Origin: Candidatus Saccharimonadota bacterium
GTDB taxonomy: Bacteria > Pseudomonadota > Alphaproteobacteria > CAJXXZ01 > 1604HC
Reading direction: 5' to 3'
Assembly: GCF_008189405.1 (NCBI RefSeq)
Contig: NZ_CP043316.1
Coordinates: 180,001 to 212,000 of the forward strand
Length of the DNA stretch: 32,000 nucleotides
In this document: positions 8,763-17,747 of the stretch, piece after piece
Layout of the letters: each line of letters begins with the position of its first letter
How positions within the stretch are numbered: the stretch's first letter is position 1
Program-made: the position numbers and the translations under genes
Notes under the pieces: generated by a model
What the model was told of the DNA's origin: nothing
Database searches by the model: none
The model's input: the letters and a program-made list of their open reading frames with translations, nothing else

Positions 8763-9686
8763 ATGAATATTATTTATCCAAAGAATAAGTATGCTGTAGC
8801 ATTTCCGGGACAAGGTGCTCAGAAGCAAAATATGGGGATGGATTTACTTGATCACTGTAAAGAAATTTTCACATTATCAGAGAAAGTATATCCTGATTTC
8901 AAATCTATTTTACAAAAATCAGATTCTGAATTGAGTAGCACAATATATTCTCAACCAGCATTATACACAGTATCAGCAGCAATATGGTCTGTAATGAATG
9001 ATATTACAAATCCAGCATATTTAGCTGGTCATTCTGTTGGTGAATATGTTGCATGTTATGCATCTGGGTGTTTTAGTTTTGAAGATGGATTGAGATTAAT
9101 AAAGCTTAGATCTGAGTTGATGTCAAAATGTTCAGGTACAATGTTTGCATGTATTGGTAGCTTTGATGATGTAGAGAAATTTGTAACGCATATTTCTGCA
9201 AACCTAGGATTTGTATGTGAAATTGCTAATTATAATCATGATTCTCAGGTTGTTATTAGTTGTGATGAGAAGGCTGTAGAAAGCATTAATAATGATTATA
9301 GAGATTTTGGGATTAAACGATGCATTCAGTTAAAAGTTAGCGGTGGTTTCCATTCCTCATTAGTATCCAATGTAAAAGATCAGTTAGCAGATGAAATTAG
9401 TAAAATAAGCTTTAGTACACCTAGAATTCCGATCATTTCTAACAAAACAGGAGTTGCAACATCAGATCCTCAAGAAGTAAAAAGTAATTTGATTGATCAT
9501 GTTGTTAGTGGAGTAAAGTGGAAAAATACTATGGATTATATGAAGAATCATAATGTGGATATGTTGATTGAAATGGGGCCAGGTAATGTTTTGTCTAAGT
9601 TGGCTGAAAAATCTGATATAAAGTCGGTGACTATAAGAAATATAGATGATATAATGAGCATGAAAAAGGAGTTCATTAATGTTTGA
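8763..9686 (+). CDS. fabD: Malonyl-CoA:ACP transacylase
   Basis: Contains FPGQGAQ and the GHSVGEY active-site serine motif. Followed by fabG with an 8-nt overlap. Confidence 0.9.
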   Translation: MNIIYPKNKYAVAFPGQGAQKQNMGMDLLDHCKEIFTLSEKVYPDFKSILQKSDSELSSTIYSQPALYTVSAAIWSVMNDITNPAYLAGHSVGEYVACYASGCFSFEDGLRLIKLRSELMSKCSGTMFACIGSFDDVEKFVTHISANLGFVCEIANYNHDSQVVISCDEKAVESINNDYRDFGIKRCIQLKVSGGFHSSLVSNVKDQLADEISKISFSTPRIPIISNKTGVATSDPQEVKSNLIDHVVSGVKWKNTMDYMKNHNVDMLIEMGPGNVLSKLAEKSDIKSVTIRNIDDIMSMKKEFINV

Positions 9687-10416
9687 TTTTTCAGGTAGAA
9701 CAGTATTAATTACAGGAGCAACTGGTGGAATTGGGTCTGTTATAGCTAAAGAGTTTATTGATAAAGGTGCTAAAGTTTTTGTGACTGGCATGGAAGATTC
9801 TAAGCTTTTGGAATTAAAAGATGAGCTTGGAGCAGGGTGTGCAGGTTATTGTAAGGCTAATCTTTTAGATGATGATGATTTGAAAAATTTATATGATTCA
9901 GCTATTAAGGCTATGGGTAAGGTTGATATCTTAGTTAATTCTGCTGGTATCACTAGAGATAAATTGTTTATGAGAGTTACTGATGAAGATTGGAATTTGC
10001 ATATGAATGTTAATTTGAACTCAGTGTGGAAATTGACAAAGATAGTGTTGATGGGCATGATGAAAAACCGTTATGGTAGAGTGATTAATTTATCATCTAT
10101 TGTTGGTTGTATGGGTAATGCTGGTCAGGTTGCTTATTCAACAAGTAAGGCTGCTATGTTAGGAATGACAAAAACACTAGCTAAAGAAGTAGCATCAAGA
10201 AATATTACAGTGAACGCAATTGCTCCTGGATTCATTGAAACTCCGATGACAAAAGATTTATTAGATAAAAACCCAGAAATGTTTAATAATATTCCTGCTG
10301 GTAAAGCTGGGACACCTAAGGATGTTGCTGCTGGAGCGTTATATTTAGCAAGTGAAAATTCTGGTTATGTTACAGGGACAACATTGCATATTAACGGTGG
10401 AATGTTGATGTGTTAA
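9679..10416 (+). CDS. fabG: 3-oxoacyl-ACP reductase
   Basis: SDR motifs are present: TGATGGIGSVIA, NSAGI, YSTSKAA (YxxxK) and NAIAPGFIETPMT. Confidence 0.9.
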   Translation: MFDFSGRTVLITGATGGIGSVIAKEFIDKGAKVFVTGMEDSKLLELKDELGAGCAGYCKANLLDDDDLKNLYDSAIKAMGKVDILVNSAGITRDKLFMRVTDEDWNLHMNVNLNSVWKLTKIVLMGMMKNRYGRVINLSSIVGCMGNAGQVAYSTSKAAMLGMTKTLAKEVASRNITVNAIAPGFIETPMTKDLLDKNPEMFNNIPAGKAGTPKDVAAGALYLASENSGYVTGTTLHINGGMLMC

Positions 10417-11408
10417 AACGAGATCAGACTCGATTTTGGAAAGTACAAGCTGTTTATCAATTTTTGATGTTAGATGATAGATTATTGGTAAAGAAGAATT
10501 TTATCAATATGGTTGATGATTCAGGTGATCAAGAAAAGTTTTTTACAGATTTTGATAAGATAGTTGATTCAGCTTATAAATTGAAGTGGAAGTTCGAGCA
10601 AAGCTTATATGGGAAATGGAAATGGCAAAATCTGAATTGTTTGGTGCAAGCGATTTTCTTGTCAGCTGCTTATGAATTGAGTATTGATAGCAGGAAAAAA
10701 CAGATTATTAGTGAATATATCGGGCTTGCAAAAATATTTGGAGAAGATGAATCTGCTAATTTTATACATGCAAATCTTGATCAATTGGATTTGAATAATC
10801 TAGATGCAGATTATAAAAAAATCGCAGATAAAGAAAAAGAAGAGGAAGAGCGTTACAGAGCAGAAGAAGCATATTATCGAATGCAAGAAAAAGAAGCAGA
10901 AGAACGTTATAAAGAAGAGGAAGCTCGTTATAAATTGCGAGAAAAAGAGGCAGAAGAGCGTTACAGAGCAGAAGAGGCATATTATAGAATGCAAGAAAAA
11001 GAAGCAGAAGAACGCTATAAAGAAGAGGAAGCTCGTTATAAACTAGAAAATCCTTCTGATGAAAATGCTGATAATCCAAATAAAAATAATGAAAATGATG
11101 ATGAAGAAAAAATCTATGATATAGATGATAATGATGGTAACTCTGATCATTTAGATAGAGATGATAGAAATTATGATAATTATCATTCAGACAGAGATGA
11201 TAGAGATCGTAATTATCATAATGAAAATGGTAGGTACTATAGATCAAATAGAAATGATGACAGCTTTTATCGATCAAATAGAAATCATGATAACTATCGA
11301 GATGGTAATCGTGACCTAAATCAAAATAATGAGAGTCGCTATAATAATGATAATTCTTATAGTTCAGATAAAGATAATAATTATGATGATAGTAACTCCT
11401 CAGAATAG
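10410..11408 (+). CDS. nusB: NusB-like antitermination factor (aa 1-~128) fused to a ~200-aa repeat and low-complexity C-terminal extension
   Basis: TRFWKVQAVYQFLM..., LVQAIFLSAAYELS....IISEYIGLAKIFGEDESANFIHANLDQL aligns by eye with E. coli NusB (AVQALYSWQL / VLRIALYELS...[28 protein letters not shown]). The GTG start overlaps the fabG stop. The same frame continues 204 codons beyond the NusB fold. Confidence 0.7.
   Translation: MLKRDQTRFWKVQAVYQFLMLDDRLLVKKNFINMVDDSGDQEKFFTDFDKIVDSAYKLKWKFEQSLYGKWKWQNLNCLVQAIFLSAAYELSIDSRKKQIISEYIGLAKIFGEDESANFIHANLDQLDLNNLDADYKKIADKEKEEEERYRAEEAYYRMQEKEAEERYKEEEARYKLREKEAEERYRAEEAYYRMQEKEAEERYKEEEARYKLENPSDENADNPNKNNENDDEEKIYDIDDNDGNSDHLDRDDRNYDNYHSDRDDRDRNYHNENGRYYRSNRNDDSFYRSNRNHDNYRDGNRDLNQNNESRYNNDNSYSSDKDNNYDDSNSSE
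10830..11045 (+). repeat. In-frame tandem repeat, 2 x 108 nt (equal to 4 x 54 nt / 18 aa: EKEAEERY[RK]xEEAxY[RK]xx)
   Basis: cgttacagagcagaaga occurs at 10851 and again at 10959, exactly 108 nt apart. The translated units are EKEEEERYRAEEAYYRMQ / EKEAEERYKEEEARYKLR / EKEAEERYRAEEAYYRMQ / EKEAEERYKEEEARYKLE. Confidence 0.9.
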
Positions 11409-11751
11409 CAAAGCTATTATGTATGAACAATAAACATTAGAAAAGATAAATTTTGAATATTAAAAATTCATTTGAATATTGTTCTACATAATTTAATTAC
11501 AATATTTACATTAAGCAGTTTTGTCTCAAATTACATGATCAACACAATCATTACCTATTCTAATAGGTTTGAAAAGTGCTAATACATCATCCTATATGAG
11601 ATTATCATGAACAGGTTTGAAAAGTTTATGTTTTTTGCTTGTGAAAAAATATGATCATGCCATTCTAAAAAATAGTTACGCATATTTATTAATAAATCAT
11701 GGAATAGGGTTGATCAATATGTTGAAATAGCAACTATGATTTTATATATTA

Positions 11752-12606
11752 TTATTTATTAATCAAAATTTGTGGATATTTTCTAATATGTTTTTCTAGT
11801 TTGTAATGTATGATGAACTCTTGAATGTTTTCTGCAGTTGTACCATAATGCAATTCAGCAATATTTGGTAATTCTAGTTCATATCGTAGTTCTGCTAATT
11901 TTCTGGATAAGATTGCTTGATCATAATATTCTATGAATTTATCTCTTCTTGATTTTGGAGTCAATTTATCCTTATTTAACAGTATGTTTTCGATGGTTTG
12001 GAATGAATTTATCCAGTTTGATGCTGTCTTGGGCCCTACACTTGGCACCCCTGGAATACAGTCACTTGCATCTCCAATTAATCCAAATAAATCTGGAATT
12101 TGTTTAGGTAACACACCAATTTTTTCTTGCACATCATGTTCATGCATAATCATTAACTTAAATGGGTCAATAAAAAAAATATTATTTCCAACTAGTTGCA
12201 TTAAATCTTTATCACAAGAACAAATATATACATTTGAGCAATCGCTACTATATTTAGTAGCAATCGATGCAATCCAATCATCAGCTTCACATTTTTGCCC
12301 CTTAAAAGTACTAATGCCCAACATCTCGCACGCTTTGAATATCATATCAAACTGTGGAATTAGATTCTCAGGAGTAGGTTGCCTATGAGATTTATATAAT
12401 GAATACATTTCATGTCTCCATGTTGGTTTCCCACTATCTAAAGCTACCACACAGTATTTAGGATTGAAATTCTCGATTATCTTGAAAATAGTTTTGGTAA
12501 ATCCTACAGCACCACCTATTGGCAATCCATCTATATTATATAAATTCTGCATTGCAAAGAAATTCCGGAATAATATACTAAATCCATCTATAACTATTAG
12601 TGTCAT
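11752..12606 (-). CDS. Stand-alone 5'-3' exonuclease (Pol I N-terminal / FEN-like domain only)
   Basis: Contains LIVIDGFSILFRNFFA, CEADDWIASIA, SCDKDLMQLV and the H3TH motif DCIPGVPSVGPKTASNW. At 284 aa it has no polymerase domain. Confidence 0.85.
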   Translation of the reverse strand: MTLIVIDGFSILFRNFFAMQNLYNIDGLPIGGAVGFTKTIFKIIENFNPKYCVVALDSGKPTWRHEMYSLYKSHRQPTPENLIPQFDMIFKACEMLGISTFKGQKCEADDWIASIATKYSSDCSNVYICSCDKDLMQLVGNNIFFIDPFKLMIMHEHDVQEKIGVLPKQIPDLFGLIGDASDCIPGVPSVGPKTASNWINSFQTIENILLNKDKLTPKSRRDKFIEYYDQAILSRKLAELRYELELPNIAELHYGTTAENIQEFIIHYKLEKHIRKYPQILINK

Positions 12607-14546
12607 ACTGCCTTTTTCCTAAAATCTGCAAATTGTTCAAAGTATGCTTTTGCTTTATATATTAAATATTTTATACCTAAATTATCATCTAAGAAGGTAT
12701 TTGTAAAAATGCTTTCAATTGTGATACTTATCGCTAGTAAATTATCTAAATCACATTTCTGTTGCAATAAGTCACTTAGTTCACATTTTGCACTATTAGT
12801 ATGACTGATATTGCCAATATTAGCATGATCTATATTTTTAACATTAGTATAATCAAGCCCTAATAACCTATTATATGTTTCTACTATTTTGTTTAATTCA
12901 TTGAAGTTGCTTATTTGTTCTAATTTATCTTTTGCAATTAATATATTACGTTCTTTTGATACAAATTTTGCTATATCTCCATATTTTTTACCTAATACAT
13001 ATTCACATCTTTTCTGAAAATATTTATCAAATCCAGATAAATCTAAATGTATGTTTTGCTCTTTAAAACATTCATTTACATAATTGACATATTGGTTTAG
13101 ATCAATTGAGATTCCACATTCCTGTAATTTAAACATTATATCGATAATCTCAAGACATTTACGTCTAATTGCGAGTGGATCAGACGAACCTGTTGGGATT
13201 ATATCTTTGCCTATAAACGCAACCACACTATCCAAATTATATAGGAGGGTCAAATATAAAGAATGTACGTCATCAATATTTTTTTTATATTGTGAGAGGA
13301 TAGCTTTACAAGCAACATCATTTATATTGTTTTGTTTAGCATAAAAATAAGATAGTAATCCTTGTAAATCAGACATTTCATCAATAGTTTGCATGCATAA
13401 ATCTATTTGAAGAAATTTGATTGCTATTATTAATTGTGCATCATTATAGAATTTTTGTGCTACTTTAGTGATTCGTTCGATTTTTTGATATAAAGTTCCT
13501 AACCCTTTATAGAATAGTGTTTGTTCTAATTTAGATAAATAATAAGTAACATCATTTTGCATATCTCTTGTGTAGAAAAAATACGCATCATTGAACTTTG
13601 CATGTAATGTACGTTTTGTTTGCTCAATTAAAAGATTTGAGTTTTGCAATTTGTGTTCAGAAAATATTAATAAGTCAGTTAATAAATCTCCATCGAAAAC
13701 TCCGATATGTTGTTGTTCATTCAGTATAGATTGCTTGATTTCTTTTGGAACATTAAATTTATCGTCTACTTTGGTATGATATACATTAATTGCCTCAATT
13801 TGAGAATTGATATTAATGAGTTTTGCATTTGATATTTGACTTGCTTTGTCTTTTAATTGCATATTTATTACATTTTGTAAAATACTAAATTTTTCTGTTA
13901 AATGAGTATTACGTTTTGCTAATTTATCATTATATTCTGCAAAATTATTAGCTGTAAATTCTTCATGCTTTATTAAATCATAAATAAAATTGGATGAAGT
14001 GGATAATTCTAAACTTTCTATATTCCATAGTAGGGGACTTCCATTGAAGACTGACACAATTCTTCTGATTGGCCTGATCCAACCTAACTTTCTACCCCAA
14101 AACATGATCTTGTTCCATTTCATTTTTTGTATACATGATATGCATATTTGTGAAATCAAACTATCAATTTGCTGAGCAGCATGCTCATTTTTTATATAAT
14201 AAAAGCCATTTTCTATGTAAGTATCACTGATAATTTTATTATGTTTTTGTAAAAACTTATCTAGAATCTCTTGTTTAATGTTAGATCTAGGTCCTCTGAT
14301 AATTTCTGTATCTTTTTGAATTTCATTAGGCAAGTTATCAATCACAGTAATTAAGCGTGTGTTTGTAATGTATATATGCAAAGAATCAGGATTGATTTTA
14401 TATTGCTGTAACTCTTCTTTGATAACTATAGTCCACTTTTCCAAGCTACTCTTTTTGATATCATGTGGAATATTCTCATGCATAATTTCAAATAAAAGTT
14501 GATTTCCAATGGTAGGGTGCTGATTTTCAGGTAGAGGTTGGTTCAT
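12603..14546 (-). CDS. glyS: Glycyl-tRNA synthetase beta subunit
   Basis: It sits directly downstream of glyQ with a 4-nt overlap. The size (647 aa) fits, and there are GlyS-like blocks (LLFEI..E.IP, IRGP, RRI..., PTGSSDPLAIRR). Confidence 0.8.
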   Translation of the reverse strand: MNQPLPENQHPTIGNQLLFEIMHENIPHDIKKSSLEKWTIVIKEELQQYKINPDSLHIYITNTRLITVIDNLPNEIQKDTEIIRGPRSNIKQEILDKFLQKHNKIISDTYIENGFYYIKNEHAAQQIDSLISQICISCIQKMKWNKIMFWGRKLGWIRPIRRIVSVFNGSPLLWNIESLELSTSSNFIYDLIKHEEFTANNFAEYNDKLAKRNTHLTEKFSILQNVINMQLKDKASQISNAKLININSQIEAINVYHTKVDDKFNVPKEIKQSILNEQQHIGVFDGDLLTDLLIFSEHKLQNSNLLIEQTKRTLHAKFNDAYFFYTRDMQNDVTYYLSKLEQTLFYKGLGTLYQKIERITKVAQKFYNDAQLIIAIKFLQIDLCMQTIDEMSDLQGLLSYFYAKQNNINDVACKAILSQYKKNIDDVHSLYLTLLYNLDSVVAFIGKDIIPTGSSDPLAIRRKCLEIIDIMFKLQECGISIDLNQYVNYVNECFKEQNIHLDLSGFDKYFQKRCEYVLGKKYGDIAKFVSKERNILIAKDKLEQISNFNELNKIVETYNRLLGLDYTNVKNIDHANIGNISHTNSAKCELSDLLQQKCDLDNLLAISITIESIFTNTFLDDNLGIKYLIYKAKAYFEQFADFRKKAV

Positions 14547-15481
14547 TTTATACTCTTTTCATTATTTGTGTTGTTTGATTCTATGGATGCATTGGTTGGT
14601 TTTATATCTATTTTTGGATTAACGCTTATGTTTTCATTAGGGCTGTTTAAATTTATATTTTCGTTTGAATTAGCCATCCTAACGCATTGTTGTCCGATAT
14701 TTCTTAATTTATTCAACTCATCTACTCTTTGAGTAGGGCTAAAAGCTTGCCTTGCTTCTAATGTATTAAACGCATGGCTTGCTTTGAGAAATTCTTCATA
14801 TGCTGGATATTGTAAATTAGAATTTATTAGATTTTGAGATTCGCTTAAATGTAAGTTAAATAGTTGATGTAAGTGTGTAATATCATAATTTAAATTAGAT
14901 GCTGTACTAAATTCTAAATCATCAATATCCTCATATTTAACTCCATCTTGCCATATAATATCTCTCCAATTATCTACGTTCTGAAGGCTCATTGCTATGC
15001 GCTCTAATCCATAAGTTAATTCGATTACTTGGCTTTTAAGAGGAGTTCCACCTATTTGTTGGAAATAAGTGAATTGAGATATTTCACTATTGTTAGCCCA
15101 AACTTCACTGCCCACACCAAATGCTCCAAGGCTAGGGCTTTGCCAATTACCAGCAATAAACTTAATTTCATGTATATCAAAATCAAATCCGATTTTTAAT
15201 AAACTATCCAAATAAATATCTTGAATATTCTCAGGGATAGGATTAATAGTTACCTGAAACTGATGATGCTTGTATAATCTGTTTGTACTGTTTGGCCTGC
15301 TATCCTGAGGTCTCCTGCAAGGTTGCATATACGCTAATTTATGATTTTTATGCGCATTTAAGATGAAATGGGGATGCATTGTAGCTGCGCCTACTGGCAT
15401 ATCTGCTGGATTCACTACTTTGCACCCAAATTGACGCCAATATTTCTCTAACTTTTGTATTATTTCTAAAAATGTGATCAT
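14543..15481 (-). CDS. glyQ: Glycyl-tRNA synthetase alpha subunit, with a ~35-aa N-rich C-terminal tail
   Basis: Contains FLEIIQKLEKYWRQFGC, YMQPCRRPQDSR, FHQFQV and LTYGLERIAM. The tail is NSNENINLNSPNENISVNPK...NNTNNEKSIK. Confidence 0.9.
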   Translation of the reverse strand: MITFLEIIQKLEKYWRQFGCKVVNPADMPVGAATMHPHFILNAHKNHKLAYMQPCRRPQDSRPNSTNRLYKHHQFQVTINPIPENIQDIYLDSLLKIGFDFDIHEIKFIAGNWQSPSLGAFGVGSEVWANNSEISQFTYFQQIGGTPLKSQVIELTYGLERIAMSLQNVDNWRDIIWQDGVKYEDIDDLEFSTASNLNYDITHLHQLFNLHLSESQNLINSNLQYPAYEEFLKASHAFNTLEARQAFSPTQRVDELNKLRNIGQQCVRMANSNENINLNSPNENISVNPKIDIKPTNASIESNNTNNEKSIK

Positions 15482-16671
15482 TTAGTATCCCTTGCATTTT
15501 GTTGATTTTGAACTGAATTTTCAATTTTGGTGTTTTGAATTACTTGCTCTACTTTAGTTTGAATATAATCGTGATTAAATTCTTTAGCAATGTTTATTTT
15601 GATTTGTAATAGTTTTTTGATTCGCGTGTCTTGTACCAAATTGATTAATGTATCTGATATGTGAAATGCTCTTGCTTCAATTGCCGCATAGCATTGAATA
15701 TATATGGAGCTTTGATGATTTGGGAATTTTTTGATTAACATTTGGATTTTTTCTAGTTTATGGCTACTTAATGCTGTAAGCCTATGGTAGTAATCTAGAG
15801 CCAGGTCAAATGAAGCATGATAATTCCATATTTTCTCAATAGCTGCTATGGATTTTTCATTATGCGCTGTGAACATTTGAATATATTTTTGTCCAATAAT
15901 TATATTATTAGGATATGTATTAAATGCCTTTTCTAAATCTTTCTCATTTTCTCCTGCATTAAACTTTTCTAATAATAAAATAGCATGCTTAGATTCAAAG
16001 TATTCTTTTTGTATAATATTTTGCTTATAAAGGTTATTTAATAAAATTTCATATTCATAAAATTCAGCATTTTTGAGATAGCATGTGAATAAATTATCGT
16101 AAATCCACTGACGGTTTGAGATTTTGTTTTGTAAATATTTAAGATGATTTTGAGCTTTACCATAGTTCTTTATGCTTAAATATTGGCAAGCAAAGAAGAT
16201 TGATGAGAAAATTAACCCTTCGGTATATTTGTCAAGTTGTTTCGCAGATTGCAAGTTGGGGTTATGCATAAATAAAACAAGATGATGCATAATATTTGAT
16301 TTATTATAATGATTAATATTCACATTGCTATATTGGTAGTGCGCGTTACAATTAACAGTATGATTATGAGCAATATCAATTATCTTAAGATTTTTACATA
16401 TTTGCTTTGCAGATTCTATAATTAATTTCTGATTCACATGCTTCTCATATTTATTACGCCTATATTGTATGAATTTATTATAATATCGTTTGAAATGGTT
16501 AGATATATTGTAGAAATATAGTAATATAAATATCGCAATTGCAGCATATAGAAGAAGTATAGATAACTGACCACTATAACAGATATCTCCAATTTTCAAT
16601 TGAAAAGGAACAATATCAGATATTTTCATAATGATTGCAACAGATATTATATATATAATCTTACTTATCAT
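15478..16671 (-). CDS. HemY-like membrane-anchored TPR protein
   Basis: Two N-terminal hydrophobic segments flank a segment (PFQLKIGDICYSGQLSILLLYAAIAIFILL) that resembles the HemY_N pattern, followed by helical repeat-like sequence. A GAGGTG RBS lies 4 nt upstream of ATG 16671. This is a family-level guess only. Confidence 0.4.
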   Translation of the reverse strand: MISKIIYIISVAIIMKISDIVPFQLKIGDICYSGQLSILLLYAAIAIFILLYFYNISNHFKRYYNKFIQYRRNKYEKHVNQKLIIESAKQICKNLKIIDIAHNHTVNCNAHYQYSNVNINHYNKSNIMHHLVLFMHNPNLQSAKQLDKYTEGLIFSSIFFACQYLSIKNYGKAQNHLKYLQNKISNRQWIYDNLFTCYLKNAEFYEYEILLNNLYKQNIIQKEYFESKHAILLLEKFNAGENEKDLEKAFNTYPNNIIIGQKYIQMFTAHNEKSIAAIEKIWNYHASFDLALDYYHRLTALSSHKLEKIQMLIKKFPNHQSSIYIQCYAAIEARAFHISDTLINLVQDTRIKKLLQIKINIAKEFNHDYIQTKVEQVIQNTKIENSVQNQQNARDTK

Positions 16672-17110
16672 ATTTCACCTCAAATTTCTTATACGCTTCA
16701 ACCCATAATGACGCTTTATTAATCCATTTTTTTGCAGATTGTGAAAATGTATTTTGATCGAGAGATTGCAATTGTTCTAACCCTAATATAAATCCATGAA
16801 TAGAGCTATTGATCGAATGATTAATCCTACGTATTTGAGTTGTGCGTTTTGAATTTGCAAAGCTTAATATGCAAAAATTACATATCCATTTCATATAGGA
16901 TGACTTATCTTTTTCATCAATGATTATGGAGAAAAATGGGAAATCATGTCGTAGATTTGCCAAATTAATGTTTTGACGATTTATCAAATTAATATCATGA
17001 ACATCTGAATCATAATCAGTAATTGATTTGAAAAATAATATATGTAAATCTTGCGAAATGTTTTTCCCTACTATGTTAGCTGTCATTAGTAAGGCTAAAA
17101 GTGTTTTCAT
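16661..17110 (-). CDS. Small membrane-anchored or secreted hypothetical protein, possibly a reduced Mic60/mitofilin-domain protein
   Basis: The tracked ORF starts at TTG 17140. ATG 17110 gives MKTLLALLMTANIVG..., a signal or anchor sequence. The C-terminal part FCILSFANSKRTTQIRR...GLEQLQSLDQ..SAKKWINKASLWVEAYKKFE loosely fits the mitofilin C-terminal pattern. It lies just upstream of the HemY-like gene. Confidence 0.3.
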   Translation of the reverse strand: MKTLLALLMTANIVGKNISQDLHILFFKSITDYDSDVHDINLINRQNINLANLRHDFPFFSIIIDEKDKSSYMKWICNFCILSFANSKRTTQIRRINHSINSSIHGFILGLEQLQSLDQNTFSQSAKKWINKASLWVEAYKKFEVKYDK

Positions 17111-17207
17111 AAACAAATTATAGTATCTATAAATTATCAAAGGAAGAGCATATAAGATTTACTTGAGGTGTGTTTTATGGTTCAATTTATTAAGGAGAAA
17201 TTAATTT

Positions 17208-17747
17208 ATGAATAGATTGTTAATGCCTCGTTCTACAGCGCTATGGTTGCTGAAAAATACTGCTCTATCATTAAAGCAAATATCAGGGTTTTGTTCTATA
17301 TCTGTATTAGATTTAGATGCAATGAAAAAGGGATTTTCAGATACATCTTTACAAGAAAGTGATCCAGTTGAAAGAGGGCAGCTCTTGCAAGAAGAAATAG
17401 ATTTGTGTGAACAAGATTCAGATAGATCTTTATTGCTAAATATAGTTGTGGATGTACAAAATAAAATTGGGAAAATTCCGTATGGATTAAAAAAATATTT
17501 GCCAAAATGTGTGGTCTGGATGCACCAGAATCGTGAAGAACTAACTAATAAAAATATAGCTAAATTTTTTGGAATGAAAGAAAAAGAAGTACGAGAAACT
17601 ATAGAAAATATTACAAAACATTCAGATTCTACAAACCCAGTGCTTATGGGAATTTGTTCACAAGAATACATGGATAGCTTTATAAAAAATGCTATAGAAC
17701 AAAATGAGAATGATGTGAAGAAAGGCAAGAAGAAATCAAGTGTATAA
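17208..17747 (+). CDS. DUF1013 / TrcR-family protein (alphaproteobacterial)
   Basis: The N-terminal LMPRSTALWLLKNTALSLKQISGFCSISVLDLDAM...DPVERGQLLQEEI matches my memory of the conserved DUF1013 N-terminus (PLMPKATAVWLVDNT.LSF.QIA.FC). An AAGGAG RBS lies at 17193-17198. Confidence 0.65.
   Translation: MNRLLMPRSTALWLLKNTALSLKQISGFCSISVLDLDAMKKGFSDTSLQESDPVERGQLLQEEIDLCEQDSDRSLLLNIVVDVQNKIGKIPYGLKKYLPKCVVWMHQNREELTNKNIAKFFGMKEKEVRETIENITKHSDSTNPVLMGICSQEYMDSFIKNAIEQNENDVKKGKKKSSV

Noticed and set aside
10762-11430. A 222-aa His/Tyr/Leu-rich ORF, plus 64-aa and 80-aa ORFs, overlap the nusB tail.
   Set aside because: Purine-rich repeats with few stop codons leave several frames open. Only the + frame is contiguous with the NusB domain, so the others are treated as shadows.
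11409-11751. A replication origin, suggested by the clustered GATC/TGATCA sites in a long intergenic region.
   Set aside because: No DnaA-box-like TTATCCACA-type motifs are present. The region lies between convergent genes and is not in the usual alphaproteobacterial oriC context.
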